From Betaproteobacteria bacterium (GTDB lineage: Bacteria > Pseudomonadota > Gammaproteobacteria > Burkholderiales > SG8-39): 60,145 nt of DNA. The DNA lies in contig CANIIA010000006.1 in the NCBI GenBank assembly GCA_947467435.1, positions 1 through 60,145 of the forward strand. Direction: 5' to 3'. The stretch's first letter is position 1. Each line of letters opens with the position of its first letter. Below, one piece after another: positions 20,522-31,167 of this stretch. Below the pieces are notes generated by a model. The model made no database searches. It was not told the DNA's origin and saw only the letters and a list, made by a program, of their open reading frames with translations. A program made the position numbers and the translations under genes.

Positions 20522-22498
20522 TTAGTCAATTGCCTTCAGGATTTTTTCAATGGTTGCAGTTTTTTTTATCTGCTCCCGTTCAATCATCTGACGCAAGCTA
20601 GGCACCGCCATCGGAGATATTTTTTTTAAGCGCTCAAGCAAGTGCAGTGCTTCTGGCTCTTCGTCTGCAATTGCCATGAATAGGATTTGTCGTTGCACTA
20701 ATATCGTGATGGGGTAAAAACGCACCACCCTTTCTGCAAATCTTTTCTTTTCTCCGACGTCAACTTCATTCAAAGGCAAGGCAAGCGAAAACCCAATATC
20801 CGCGTAGGGAGCAAGCAACGTTCTTTGCATTTGCAGTATTTCTTCGGCAGTTACTTGTCCACTTGCTTGCCCCTGAAATATTTTTTGCAATCGGTTAAAG
20901 TTTTCAATATGCAGCGCTAAAAGTAGTCCGCCTACCATTGCATAGGTGACGGGGATCAGCTTCCATATTGGGATGGTTTTTCTGTTCGTTTCTTTTTTAC
21001 TTTTGATATTTGCAGAGATCATTCCGGCTGCTAGCGCCACTGGTGCGATAAAAAATGTATGCCAAAGCGGAAACTCCACCAAGCTGTGTAATAACTCCAC
21101 CACAATCAAAGCCACAATCCACACAACGCCTTGCTTAGACTGCCAATTAATTTCCTGAATCCGTGCTGTTTGCCATACCCCTTGCGTTATCGCCAAGATC
21201 AATACCATTAGCCAAATTGCACCGAACACGCCTGTTTCTGCAAGCAAATGCAACCAAATGTTGTGCGCGTTGTTTTCTGGCCCCATTACCGGCGGCCCGG
21301 CATACCACTGAGGATCAATCTCATGGAAAGCCCAAGCAAACCCGCCGAGCCCAACACCGCGCAATGGGTCAGAGCGAAACATGGCAAGGGCTTTTTCTGC
21401 AAAAAGCAATCTTGCTTGAACGCCTTCCTCTTTCATACCCAACAACATCGATCGATCGAGTGCATTGATTTGGTCCAATGCGGCCTCGGGTCGGTATTTT
21501 CCAAGCGCTGTAACCATTGGTGCGGCTGCAATCACGCAACCTAACGTGACGCATGCCACCAATAACCATTTTTTTGCTTCTTTGAGCAGGACGAGCGTGT
21601 CATGACCATCACGTGGACGATGCATTTCAGCGGATATATAAAACCACAGTGCGATAACAGCCAAACCACCTAACATGAGTAACGCGGCTCTTGATGAAGC
21701 TAATGCCAATGCCGCTGCGAAGTACAGGAGAACCAGGCTATAGACAGCCGTATTTATTTTTTTGAAACACCATAGCCATGCGCTAGATATCAAACCCAAG
21801 ACCACAAGATTTGAAAATAAATTGGCTTGCATCATGTTGCCCGTGATGCGCTGTGGCGCTGCGACGTATTCAACAAAGGGATAAAAGTAAGCCGACCATC
21901 CCATCCACTGAATCCAACCTGTACCAGCCATCAGCGTCGCTGCAACAAGTACACTCCAGGCCAAATGCGTGACCACACGATTAATCCCGTATGTTTCGCG
22001 TAGCGTTTTTCCGACCCACACCAATCCTGCTGCCCAGCTTAAATACCAAGCCCATAATTCAGTGTGTTGTTCATATGTGATGTTCAACCAAAGTGGTTGC
22101 AGCCATGCGAGTAACGCGCCCGCCAATAGTACGAGGCTAATGGTTGGCGGCAACGCTGACTGATTCTTATTGGGTAATGCCGCACACACCCCAATGAGCG
22201 TTACCCCCAGTCCAAACGCCCACGTTTCCGACCAAAATGTCGGTATGAGCAAGGGGTGGAAGTACACTAAATAGGGCGTGGTAAGCAACAAGGTCAGATT
22301 GATGAAAATTATCAATGTGATCCATCGGCTTATTATTGGCATTTCAACATCAAGAAGTTCTTGATGGATGTCTGTGACGTCACAGTTCCTGGCATCCGAG
22401 GTCGATGCAGAGTCACTCGCAGTCGTATTCGTACTGCTGATCGCGACGTGTTGATTCGCTTTAGCTTGAGCCTCGCGATCGGATGTCGATAACATCAA
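20522..22498 (-). CDS. PglL-like O-oligosaccharyltransferase (O-antigen ligase/Wzy_C family)
   Basis: Many TM helices; PTFWSE, GNMMQANL, SSRA, GVGLGGFAW, NAHNIWLHLLAETG, HSLVEFPLW; start may be near 22341. Confidence 0.85.
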   Translation of the reverse strand: MMLSTSDREAQAKANQHVAISSTNTTASDSASTSDARNCDVTDIHQELLDVEMPIISRWITLIIFINLTLLLTTPYLVYFHPLLIPTFWSETWAFGLGVTLIGVCAALPNKNQSALPPTISLVLLAGALLAWLQPLWLNITYEQHTELWAWYLSWAAGLVWVGKTLRETYGINRVVTHLAWSVLVAATLMAGTGWIQWMGWSAYFYPFVEYVAAPQRITGNMMQANLFSNLVVLGLISSAWLWCFKKINTAVYSLVLLYFAAALALASSRAALLMLGGLAVIALWFYISAEMHRPRDGHDTLVLLKEAKKWLLVACVTLGCVIAAAPMVTALGKYRPEAALDQINALDRSMLLGMKEEGVQARLLFAEKALAMFRSDPLRGVGLGGFAWAFHEIDPQWYAGPPVMGPENNAHNIWLHLLAETGVFGAIWLMVLILAITQGVWQTARIQEINWQSKQGVVWIVALIVVELLHSLVEFPLWHTFFIAPVALAAGMISANIKSKKETNRKTIPIWKLIPVTYAMVGGLLLALHIENFNRLQKIFQGQASGQVTAEEILQMQRTLLAPYADIGFSLALPLNEVDVGEKKRFAERVVRFYPITILVQRQILFMAIADEEPEALHLLERLKKISPMAVPSLRQMIEREQIKKTATIEKILKAID

Positions 22499-22597
22499 TC
22501 GACATTAACACCACGTCTGTTTTTAATGTGTTAGATGTGGTTTAAATACTTACACATCAATTTTTATTATAATTTTTTTCAAATAAAATAGATCTAA

Positions 22598-22630
22598 ACA
22601 AAAAAGGGTTCCTTGATTGGAACCCTTTTC
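22598..22630. terminator. Intrinsic terminator downstream of tRNA-Pro
   Basis: AAAAGGGTTCC-TTGATT-GGAACCCTTTT inverted repeat with A/T tails on both sides. Confidence 0.85.
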
Positions 22631-22634
22631 ATTA

Positions 22635-22712
<78 letters not shown>

Positions 22713-22786
22713 AAACTGGAATTATATCAGAGGGGATTTTGTGACGATCCGCATTCAGATTGCAGATCAATCTTGCACAAAGGATT

Positions 22787-23269
22787 TTAATCAGCCGAGG
22801 GTGCATCACTGATGTCGGCCAGCAAGGCTTGTAGCTCGCGGCGTAAGGCGCTGACGTCAACGGTCGCACCTTGGATTGAAGATGATCTTCCGCCGGGTCG
22901 ATTCAAGCGCAATGCAACTGGACTCGCACTGCTTGCAGCGACACCATCCGCTCGATCTAGATGACCGTTAGTACGCACGGAGTCTCGCGCGTTCATTTGC
23001 AAATCACCTAAACGATTACGTGCGCCGCTGATGGTAAAGCCATCGTTGTAGAGCAGTTCGCGTATGCGTCTGATTAGCAGCACTTCATGGTGCTGGTAAT
23101 AGCGGCGATTACCGCGTCGCTTGACCGGTTTAAGTTGCGTAAACTCCTGCTCCCAGTAGCGCAGCACGTGTGGTTTTACTCCACACAGCTCACTCACTTC
23201 ACCGATGGTGAAGTAGCGCTTGGCTGGAATAGGCGGGAGTTCAGCCGTCGGTATGCGGCTCAGATCCAT
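22787..23269 (-). CDS. MerR-family regulator of the pheST-ihfA cluster
   Basis: [33 protein letters not shown]; conserved position after ihfA. Confidence 0.92.
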   Translation of the reverse strand: MDLSRIPTAELPPIPAKRYFTIGEVSELCGVKPHVLRYWEQEFTQLKPVKRRGNRRYYQHHEVLLIRRIRELLYNDGFTISGARNRLGDLQMNARDSVRTNGHLDRADGVAASSASPVALRLNRPGGRSSSIQGATVDVSALRRELQALLADISDAPSAD

Positions 23270-23564
23270 TGCTGGCCATGCCCTCAACACTAGACTTTAA
23301 CTTCTGGCTGGCATGGAAGGTCACCACGCGCCGGGCGCTGATTGGAATTTCTTCCCCAGTCTTGGGGTTACGCCCTGGACGCTGCGGCTTATCGCGCAAC
23401 TGAAAGTTACCAAAACCGGATAGCTTGACCGCTTCGCCGCGCTCGAGTGCGCCGCGGATTTCTTCAAAAAACGCTTCAACCATATCTTTGGCTTCGCGCT
23501 TATTTAAACCAACTTTCTCAAAAAGAAGGTCGGCAAGCTCTGCCTTGGTCAGCGTGGTTGGCAT
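23241..23564 (-). CDS. ihfA: Integration host factor alpha
   Basis: [47 protein letters not shown]. Confidence 0.97.
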   Translation of the reverse strand: MPTTLTKAELADLLFEKVGLNKREAKDMVEAFFEEIRGALERGEAVKLSGFGNFQLRDKPQRPGRNPKTGEEIPISARRVVTFHASQKLKSSVEGMASNGSEPHTDG

Positions 23565-23577
23565 CCCTGATACTCGC

Positions 23578-25989
23578 TTACGAACGGAGGGTGGCGTTGA
23601 ATTTCTGCTGCAGGATTTTGGTGATTTGGGCGAACACTGCGTCGGCATCCGCGTCCGTTAACGTCTTCACAGTATCTTGCATAACTACTCGAAACGCAAG
23701 GCTTTTTTGCCCTTTTGGCAACGTTTTACCATGATACAAATCGAATAAATTGACGCACTGAATCAGGCCGATTTTTTCCGCCTCAATGGCATCTAACAAG
23801 GCCTGTACAGGCGTGGCTTCATGCACTAAAACGGCCAAATCTCGCACCACAGCCGGAAAACGCGAGGGCTGTTCAGCCCGCGGTAATTTCAAATGTTGCA
23901 GCGCATCGGCATCTAGCTCAAATACCACCGGGGGCTTTGGTAGCTCAAACTGCGCCTGCCATCGCGGATGAATTTCGCCGATCCAGCCAACCGCACGACC
24001 CTCAAGTTCGATCCGCGCCGATCGGCCTGGATGTAACGCAGGATGCGCAGCAGCAACACACCGAACGCGCAGCGGAGCCACCAACGCCTCAAGATCGGCT
24101 TTCAAGTCGAAGAAATCAACATCGCGCTCAGCCACCCCCCACTGGGGCTCAAATGCCGCACCAAACGCCGCTGCTGCGATACGTATTGGTTGATGTAATC
24201 CAGCAACGGTCACCGGGCCTTCTAGCGCCGAGGGGTCGCGTAAAAATGCTCGGCCAATTTCAAACACCCTAACGCGCGCTTGTTTGCGCGCCACGTTGTA
24301 TCGAATGTTATCGAGCAACCCGCCGATGAGCGCGCTGCGCATCACCGCGAGTTGGCTTGCGATGGGGTTCAACACTTGAATGGGCGCGGCGTTACCAACG
24401 AGGTCACGCTCCCAAGCCGCATCGACGAAACTAAAGTTCACGACCTCTTGAAAATCGCTGGCAGCGAGTCGATGGCGTAGCGCATGTAGGCCACGTACCG
24501 ACTCAAGTGGGGCGCGCATAGCTGCCACCGCGCGGGGTGGTTGTGCAGGGATACGCTCAAAGCCCCACACGCGTGCGACTTCTTCGATGAGATCTTCCTC
24601 AATCTCGAGATCAAATCGAAACGAAGGTGGTGAGACGGTAAAGACTTCGTCTTGTGCATGGCCCGTGCGTGTGTGCGCCAATCCCAATCGAGAAAAAATA
24701 TCAGCCATTTCATCGCCGGTGATCGGCACACCAATCACTTTGCAAGCGCGTGCACTACGCATCTTCACTGACTGACGCGTTGGCAGTTGCCAAGTTTGAT
24801 CGACTGTGGGTCCGGGCTCACCACCACAAATCTCTAACACCAAGGCTGTGGCACGCTCAATACCAGCCACATTGTTATTGAAATCAACACCGCGTTCAAA
24901 TCGATGCGAAGCATCCGATGAAAAATTAAAGCGACGTGCACGACCGGCAATCGCATTCGGTGCAAAAAAAGCTGACTCCAGAAAAATGTGTTGCGTGCTG
25001 AGCTCTGCTTTGGTGGAGTCCCCGCCCATGATTCCAGCCAAACCGATCGGACCAGAGGCGTCGGTAATACATAGCACGGATGCATCCAAATCAACGACTT
25101 GATCATTCAGAAGTTTGAGACGCTCGCCCTGACGTCCCCAACGCACATCGATCTCACCAGAGAGCTTATCGAGGTCGTAGACATGCAATGGACGACCCAT
25201 TTCGAGCATCACAAAATTGGTGATGTCGACCAACGCAGAAATACTCCGCTGCCCCGCGCGCTCAAGTCGCTGGCGCATCCATTCCGGCGTAGCCGCATGC
25301 GCATTGACCTTACGGATCACTCGTCCAGTAAAACGTCCACACGCATCGTGGGCGCTGCTTTTAAAACCAAACCGCACATCGGAAACCGCTGGCACGGGTT
25401 GAATGACTGGTGCCTGCAATGGAGCACCTGTCAGCGCTGATAATTCGCGCGCAATACCAAGCACAGATAAACAGTCCGCTTTGTTCGGTGTGAGTTTGAT
25501 GGTGATGCGTTGATCGTCTAACGCAAGCAATGCACGTACATCTGAGCCCACCGTGGATTGTGAGGGCAGTTCGAGCAGCCCACCATGATCTTCGGATAAA
25601 CCAAGTTCGCGCGCAGAACACAACATACCTTGGCTCTCAATGCCGCGCATTTTCGCCACACCAATCGACAAGGTTTTTCCATCTGCGGTGGTTAATTGCG
25701 CACCAACACGCGCTAAGGGTGCTTTCATTCCTGCGCGTACATTGGGTGCACCACACACAATCTGCAACGGCGCCGCCTCACCCACTGCGACCTGACAAAG
25801 CGATAACTTGTCTGCGTTCGGGTGGCGTTCAACATGCAGCACTTCAGCCACGACCACACCAGAAAACGCAGCAGCGATCGGTTCACAAGACTCGACTTCT
25901 AAACCTGCCATCGTCAGGGTATGCGTCAGTGCCGCCGTATCCATCGGCGGATTACACATGCTACGCAGCCAAGATTCAGAAAGTTGCAT
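23578..25989 (-). CDS. pheT: Phenylalanine-tRNA ligase beta subunit
   Basis: [48 protein letters not shown] end. Confidence 0.98.
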   Translation of the reverse strand: MQLSESWLRSMCNPPMDTAALTHTLTMAGLEVESCEPIAAAFSGVVVAEVLHVERHPNADKLSLCQVAVGEAAPLQIVCGAPNVRAGMKAPLARVGAQLTTADGKTLSIGVAKMRGIESQGMLCSARELGLSEDHGGLLELPSQSTVGSDVRALLALDDQRITIKLTPNKADCLSVLGIARELSALTGAPLQAPVIQPVPAVSDVRFGFKSSAHDACGRFTGRVIRKVNAHAATPEWMRQRLERAGQRSISALVDITNFVMLEMGRPLHVYDLDKLSGEIDVRWGRQGERLKLLNDQVVDLDASVLCITDASGPIGLAGIMGGDSTKAELSTQHIFLESAFFAPNAIAGRARRFNFSSDASHRFERGVDFNNNVAGIERATALVLEICGGEPGPTVDQTWQLPTRQSVKMRSARACKVIGVPITGDEMADIFSRLGLAHTRTGHAQDEVFTVSPPSFRFDLEIEEDLIEEVARVWGFERIPAQPPRAVAAMRAPLESVRGLHALRHRLAASDFQEVVNFSFVDAAWERDLVGNAAPIQVLNPIASQLAVMRSALIGGLLDNIRYNVARKQARVRVFEIGRAFLRDPSALEGPVTVAGLHQPIRIAAAAFGAAFEPQWGVAERDVDFFDLKADLEALVAPLRVRCVAAAHPALHPGRSARIELEGRAVGWIGEIHPRWQAQFELPKPPVVFELDADALQHLKLPRAEQPSRFPAVVRDLAVLVHEATPVQALLDAIEAEKIGLIQCVNLFDLYHGKTLPKGQKSLAFRVVMQDTVKTLTDADADAVFAQITKILQQKFNATLRS

Positions 25990-26001
25990 ACGTTGATTTT
26001 G

Positions 26002-27021
26002 TTATGTAGCGAATTGACGCAAAAAGCGTAAGTCGCCATCAAAGAAAAGTCGTAAGTCATCGATGCCATAACGCAGCATCGTGAGTCGCTCTAAACCAGA
26101 GCCAAATGCAAACCCCAGATAACGTTCTGGATCAAGGCCAAAATTTCTGACAACCGTGGGATGGACCTGACCGGCGCCAGAAATTTCTAACCAACGGCCT
26201 TTCCAAGGACCTTGCGCAAATTGCATATCGATTTCTGCAGAAGGTTCGGTGAAAGGGAAAAATGAAGGACGAAAACGCACTTGCAACGCATCGGTTTCAA
26301 AAAAGCGCCGCAGAAAGTCGGTGTACACCCCTTTGAGATCGGCAAAGCTCACGTCCTCTGCAATCCACAATCCCTCGACTTGATGAAACATCGGCGAGTG
26401 CGTGGCGTCAGAATCAACGCGATAGGTGCGACCCGGTGCGATCACTTTAATTGGCGGCGGATGTTGCCGTGCATAGCGCACTTGCATTGGACTGGTGTGC
26501 GTGCGCAAAAGCAAATTGCGACCCGCTGCATCTTTTAGATCGACATAAAACGTATCTTGCATCGAGCGCGCAGGATGGTTTTCAGGGTTGTTGAGCGCCG
26601 TGAAATTGCACCAATCGGTTTCAATTTCTGGGCCATCGGCCACCGAAAATCCAATCGAATGAAAAATTTCTTCGATTCGCTGCCAAGTGCGTATCACCGG
26701 ATGAATGCCGCCCACGCCACGACCTCGTCCTGGCAAAGTGACATCCAGTGCTTCTTCGGCGAGACGAGCTTGCAAACGCGCATCTGCAAGATCGGCGCGA
26801 CGCGCTTCTAACGCCTGCTCAAGGACTGTCTTTGCTGCATTGATCGCTGCGCCGGCGGTTTTACGCGCTTCAGGGTCAAGCCCGCCCAATGATTTGAGCA
26901 AGGCCGTCAGCTCGCCCGTCTTACCAAGAAACAGCGCTTTGGCATTTTCAAGTGCCGGTGCGTCATCCGCTGCACGAAAGGCAGCAAGCGCACGTTCAAC
27001 AATAGGATCAAGATCACGCAT
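26002..27021 (-). CDS. pheS: Phenylalanine-tRNA ligase alpha subunit
   Basis: [47 protein letters not shown]. Confidence 0.98.
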   Translation of the reverse strand: MRDLDPIVERALAAFRAADDAPALENAKALFLGKTGELTALLKSLGGLDPEARKTAGAAINAAKTVLEQALEARRADLADARLQARLAEEALDVTLPGRGRGVGGIHPVIRTWQRIEEIFHSIGFSVADGPEIETDWCNFTALNNPENHPARSMQDTFYVDLKDAAGRNLLLRTHTSPMQVRYARQHPPPIKVIAPGRTYRVDSDATHSPMFHQVEGLWIAEDVSFADLKGVYTDFLRRFFETDALQVRFRPSFFPFTEPSAEIDMQFAQGPWKGRWLEISGAGQVHPTVVRNFGLDPERYLGFAFGSGLERLTMLRYGIDDLRLFFDGDLRFLRQFAT

Positions 27022-27042
27022 CGTTCATGGGGCCATAAATGC

Positions 27043-27067
27043 AAAGCGAGGGACCCGCCCTCGCTTT
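27043..27067 (-). terminator. Hairpin terminator between rplT and pheS
   Basis: AAAGCGAGGG-ACCCG-CCCTCGCTTT perfect 10-bp stem. Confidence 0.7.
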
Positions 27068-27089
27068 ATCGTCATGGCGCGCCTGACTG

Positions 27090-27449
27090 TTAGGCGGCCA
27101 AACGCGCCTTCACCTGACCAGCGATCTGTGCGAACGCGGCTTTATCCATCACGGCAATATCGGCGAGCATCTTGCGATCAACTTCAATGCACGCTTTCTT
27201 CAAACCGTTCATGAATTTGCTGTAGGTCAGACCATGCTCACGCACCGCCGCGTTAATACGCGCGATCCACAATGCACGGAAAGTACGCTTTCTGTTACGA
27301 CGATCGCGATAGGCATATTGCCCCGCTTTCATCACCGCCTGTTTGGCGATACGGAAAACATTTTTTCTACGACCGCGAAAACCTTTGGCCGCTGCTAAAA
27401 CTTTTTTGTGACGCGCGCGCGCCTGTACACCACGTTTAACTCTTGGCAT
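27090..27449 (-). CDS. rplT: 50S ribosomal protein L20
   Basis: [28 protein letters not shown]. Confidence 0.98.
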   Translation of the reverse strand: MPRVKRGVQARARHKKVLAAAKGFRGRRKNVFRIAKQAVMKAGQYAYRDRRNRKRTFRALWIARINAAVREHGLTYSKFMNGLKKACIEVDRKMLADIAVMDKAAFAQIAGQVKARLAA

Positions 27450-27461
27450 GTCGTCTCTCCT

Positions 27462-27662
27462 TTAACCGGCGTAGGGCATCATGGCCCGAACCGCGTTGAG
27501 ATTGGTTTCGTGCACGCCCGTGGTACCGCGCAAGTGACGCTTACGCTTGGTCGACTTCTTGGTGAGGATGTGCCGCAGGTTGGCTGAAGCGCGCTTGATG
27601 CTGCCTGAGCCACGCACCTTGAATCGCTTCGAGGCGCTTTTCTTGGTTTTCATCTTGGGCAT
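27462..27662 (-). CDS. rpmI: 50S ribosomal protein L35
   Basis: [30 protein letters not shown]. Confidence 0.97.
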   Translation of the reverse strand: MPKMKTKKSASKRFKVRGSGSIKRASANLRHILTKKSTKRKRHLRGTTGVHETNLNAVRAMMPYAG

Positions 27663-27685
27663 CACAACTCCTTCTCTTCTTCAAC

Positions 27686-27830
27686 GCCGGGTGGCCCGCT
27701 ACGCGTGCGCTTGATACCCGGACATCGCTGGTGCATCGATCCGTTACCGTTCGATGCGTTGTAACGCAATCACACTTGCCCAGCATGATTGCGTGAACGA
27801 CCCCGCTACATCTACACACATCTAGCGGGT
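27686..27830 (-). promoter_or_regulatory. Structured rpmI leader (candidate L20 autoregulatory RNA)
   Basis: Four consecutive stems on the minus strand: CCCGCTA/TAGCGGG, ACGCAATCA/TGATTGCGT, GCATCGA/TCGATGC, CCGGGT/ACCCGG just before the SD. Confidence 0.5.
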
Positions 27831-27844
27831 TTGGCTGAACTGGC

Positions 27845-28435
27845 TTACGCCGCTTCGCTGCCGTTTACGACTACCGGTGCGGGCTCTTTCTTAACCTTGC
27901 CCGCCGGCTTAATTTCTTTTTTCTTCGGCCCCAACACCATCACCATCTGGCGGCCTTCCATCTTTGGAAACTGCTCCACGATGCCATACGGATCGAGGTC
28001 TGCGCGCACTCGCTCTAGCAAGCGAATGCCAAATTCTTGGTGTGCCATTTCTCGACCACGAAAACGCAGCGTGACTTTGGTCTTGTCGCCCTCTTCAAGA
28101 AAGCGCATCAGGTTACGCAGCTTGATCTTGTAGTCCCCCTCATCTGTACCGGGGCGGAATTTCACTTCCTTGACTTGGATCTGCTTTTGTTTGAGCTTGG
28201 CTTCATGGGCTTTTTTCTGCTCACGGTATTTAAACTTACCGTAGTCCATGAGCTTACACACCGGCGGCTGAGCTAACGGAGCGATCTCAACAAGATCGAT
28301 TTCCTGCTCCTCTGCCATGCGCAAGGCCTCCGCAATGGAGACAATGCCTAACTGCTCACCATCTTCACCAACCAACCGAATTTCTGGGGCGGTGATCTGA
28401 CCATTCATACGTTCGCTGCGGCTATCGAGTGCGAT
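27845..28435 (-). CDS. infC: Translation initiation factor IF-3 (non-canonical ATC start)
   Basis: [34 protein letters not shown]; AAGGAG SD 9 nt before in-frame ATC at 28435. Confidence 0.95.
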   Translation of the reverse strand: MALDSRSERMNGQITAPEIRLVGEDGEQLGIVSIAEALRMAEEQEIDLVEIAPLAQPPVCKLMDYGKFKYREQKKAHEAKLKQKQIQVKEVKFRPGTDEGDYKIKLRNLMRFLEEGDKTKVTLRFRGREMAHQEFGIRLLERVRADLDPYGIVEQFPKMEGRQMVMVLGPKKKEIKPAGKVKKEPAPVVVNGSEAA

Positions 28436-28513
28436 GAGTGCAAACTCCTTTAGAAGCGGCACGCCTGTGGTCGCCGCGATGACCGTACCGCCCAAACCTG
28501 CGACGGAAAAAAA

Positions 28514-30427
28514 TCAGGCCGTGCTCGACGCTTGCACCTCAGATTTGAGGCGCGCGATGAAGTCGTCTAACGCCATCGCGCCGAGATCTTCACCGCCGCG
28601 CGTACGCACGGCCACCGTTCCAGCCTGCTTTTCTTTGTCGCCCATGACCAACTGGTAAGGCAACTTTTGCAAGCTATGTTCGCGGATTTTATAGGAAATT
28701 TTCTCATTTCGCAAATCCGCCGCAGCGCGAAAACCCGCTGCCTGCAGGCGCTCGGCAACGCTTTGGGCGTAGTCAGCTTGATGCTCAGAAATGCTCATCA
28801 CCACCACCTGCTCAGGCGCTAGCCACAAAGGGAGTGCGCCGGCGAAGTTCTCCAGCAAAATACCAATAAAGCGCTCGAGCGAGCCGACGATGGCGCGATG
28901 CAACATCACAGGTGTGCGGCGGGAATTATCCTCGGCGACATATTCAGCCCCAAAGCGCGCCGGCATATTGAAGTCCACTTGGATGGTGCCGCATTGCCAA
29001 ACCCGCCCGATGGCATCTTTAAGTGAGTACTCAATCTTCGGGCCGTAAAAGGCTCCCTCTCCAGGTGAAACCTCGTAGGCACAGCCCGACGCTTGCAAAG
29101 CGGCCATCAAGGCCGACTCGGCCTTATCCCAAAGCGCATCTTCGCCAATCCGCTTTTCTGGGCGGGTCGCAACCTTGTAGATCACCTCAGTAAAGCCAAA
29201 GTCGCGATACACCCGCTGTAGCAACGCGGTAAAAGCCACGCACTCGGGCAGGATGTGATCCTCGGTACAAAAAATATGTCCGTCGTCTTGCACGAAACCA
29301 CGCACGCGCATCAACCCGTGCAACGAACCAGAAGGCTCGTTGCGGTGACACGCACCAAACTCACCCAAGCGATACGGCAAATCGCGATAACTACGTAAGC
29401 CTTGATTAAACACCTGCACATGCCCAGGGCAGTTCATTGGCTTGAGCGCGTAATCACGATTTTCTGAAGCCGTGGTGAACATATTGTCTTTGTAGTTTTC
29501 CCAGTGGCCAGAACGCTCCCACAAACTACGATCAAGAATTTGCGGACAACGGACCTCTTGGTAACCGTTTTCGCGGTACACACGACGCATGTACTGCTCA
29601 ACCTCTTGCCAAAGAATCCAACCCTTGGGATGCCAAAACACCAAACCAGGTGCGGCATCTTGCATATGAAACAAATCGAGTTGTTTAGCTAAGCGCCGAT
29701 GGTCGCGTTTTTCGGCCTCTTCGAGCATATGCAGATAGGCTTCTTGATCTTCTTTTTTTGCCCACGCCGTGCCATAAATTCGTTGCAGCATTTCGTTTTT
29801 CGCATCACCCCGCCAATAGGCACCGGCCACCTTCATGAGCTTGAATACTTTAAGCTTGGCAGTGGTTGGCACATGCGGGCCGCGGCACAAATCGGTGAAA
29901 GTACCTTGCGTATACAACGACACATCTTCACCGGCAGGAATTGAGGCAATAATTTCGGCTTTATAGGCCTCGCCTTGCGCTTGAAAAAACTTCACCGCTT
30001 CATCGCGTGGTAACACCGAACGCGCCACCGGCAAATCGCGCTTTGCAATTTCACCCATGCGCTTTTCAATCGCCTGCAAGTCCTCAGGTGTAAACGGACG
30101 TGCGCACGAAAAATCGTAATAAAAACCATGCTCGATCACCGGACCAATCGTGACCTGCGCTTGCGGAAACAATTCTTTAACCGCATGTGCCAATAAATGT
30201 GCCGTTGAGTGACGCAGGAGCTCGAGTGCCTCGCTGTCTCGCTCGGTAATGATCGAAAGCGCCACGTCGCTATCAATGCGGTAGCTTAAGTCGACCAACG
30301 TGTCATTGACTTTGCCTGCAAGTGCCGCTTTGGCCAAGCCTGCACCAATGGATTGCGCAACCTCGGCCACGGTCACGGGGCCGGGATACTGACGGACCGA
30401 ACCGTCCGGAAGACGAATGTCTGGCAT
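28514..30427 (-). CDS. thrS: Threonine-tRNA ligase
   Basis: IRLPDGS TGS domain, [44 protein letters not shown]; ATG at 30427. Confidence 0.98.
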   Translation of the reverse strand: MPDIRLPDGSVRQYPGPVTVAEVAQSIGAGLAKAALAGKVNDTLVDLSYRIDSDVALSIITERDSEALELLRHSTAHLLAHAVKELFPQAQVTIGPVIEHGFYYDFSCARPFTPEDLQAIEKRMGEIAKRDLPVARSVLPRDEAVKFFQAQGEAYKAEIIASIPAGEDVSLYTQGTFTDLCRGPHVPTTAKLKVFKLMKVAGAYWRGDAKNEMLQRIYGTAWAKKEDQEAYLHMLEEAEKRDHRRLAKQLDLFHMQDAAPGLVFWHPKGWILWQEVEQYMRRVYRENGYQEVRCPQILDRSLWERSGHWENYKDNMFTTASENRDYALKPMNCPGHVQVFNQGLRSYRDLPYRLGEFGACHRNEPSGSLHGLMRVRGFVQDDGHIFCTEDHILPECVAFTALLQRVYRDFGFTEVIYKVATRPEKRIGEDALWDKAESALMAALQASGCAYEVSPGEGAFYGPKIEYSLKDAIGRVWQCGTIQVDFNMPARFGAEYVAEDNSRRTPVMLHRAIVGSLERFIGILLENFAGALPLWLAPEQVVVMSISEHQADYAQSVAERLQAAGFRAAADLRNEKISYKIREHSLQKLPYQLVMGDKEKQAGTVAVRTRGGEDLGAMALDDFIARLKSEVQASSTA

Positions 30428-30450
30428 GGTTGTTCTCGTAAACGACGGAC

Positions 30451-30480
30451 AAAAAAAAGTGCGGACAGGCCGCACTTTTT
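30451..30480 (-). terminator. Intrinsic terminator between tRNA-Val and thrS
   Basis: AAAAAGTGCGG-ACAGG-CCGCACTTTTT stem followed by T8 on the minus strand. Confidence 0.8.
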
Positions 30481-30496
30481 CGTTTTGCAAGGATGC

Positions 30497-30573
30497 TGGT
30501 AGGCGCGATTGGACTCGAACCAACGACCCCCACCATGTCAAGGTGATGCTCTAACCAGCTGAGCTACGCGCCT
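30497..30573 (-). tRNA. tRNA-Val(GAC)
   Basis: AGGCGCGTAGCTCAGCTGGTTAGAGC...CACCTTGACATGGTG...GGTTCGAGTCC...CGCCTACCA, 77 nt. Confidence 0.97.
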
Positions 30574-30619
30574 GTTGATCTGTGCATTTTACCCTACTCT
30601 CGCGCTGCGCCCAAATCGA

Positions 30620-30653
30620 CTGTCATGCGCGCGCAATCAAATCGATGCAGACT
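30620..30653 (+). promoter_or_regulatory. Putative Pho box and -10 upstream of sixA
   Basis: CTGTCAT-N4-GCGCAAT, 10 nt, CAGACT. Confidence 0.55.
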
Positions 30654-30697
30654 CTGGTCTGACGATCTTCACTCGACCCTTAAGAAAAGCCAGCAAA

Positions 30698-31150
30698 ATG
30701 GACCTGATCCTGTGGCGACATGCCGACGCCGAAGATGGGCTGCCCGATCTGTCTCGGCGTTTAACACCGCGCGGAATCAAACAAGCCGAACGCATGGCAG
30801 GGTGGCTTTTGCAGCGCTTACCCGGAAAATTTCATGTGATTGTGAGCCCCGCGGAGCGCACCAAACAAACCGCCGCCGCACTGGGCGTCAGCACTAAAAC
30901 GCGACGCGAACTCGCGCCCGGGGCCAGTGTGGCGCAAATTTTGAATGCCGCTGAATGGCCCGATCGTAAGGGCCCAGTCGTCGTGGTCGGCCATCAACCC
31001 GACCTAGGACGCGTCGCCGCGTTTTTACTTTCATCTCAAGAAGAAGACTGGACACTCAAAAAAGGCGGCTTGTGGTGGCTCACCAATCGCGTGCGCAATG
31101 CCGAAGCACAAGTCGTTTTACGTGCAGCGATGTCGCCAGAGTTGCTCTAA
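30698..31150 (+). CDS. sixA: Phosphohistidine phosphatase SixA family
   Basis: LILWRHADAE, VSPAERTKQTA, VVGHQPDLG, KKGGLWWL. Confidence 0.9.
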   Translation: MDLILWRHADAEDGLPDLSRRLTPRGIKQAERMAGWLLQRLPGKFHVIVSPAERTKQTAAALGVSTKTRRELAPGASVAQILNAAEWPDRKGPVVVVGHQPDLGRVAAFLLSSQEEDWTLKKGGLWWLTNRVRNAEAQVVLRAAMSPELL

Positions 31151-31167
31151 CAATCAATGCTGCGGCG

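Noticed and set aside
30428-30541. N-terminal extension of thrS in the ORF track
   Set aside because: Runs through tRNA-Val and its terminator; real start is ATG 30427.
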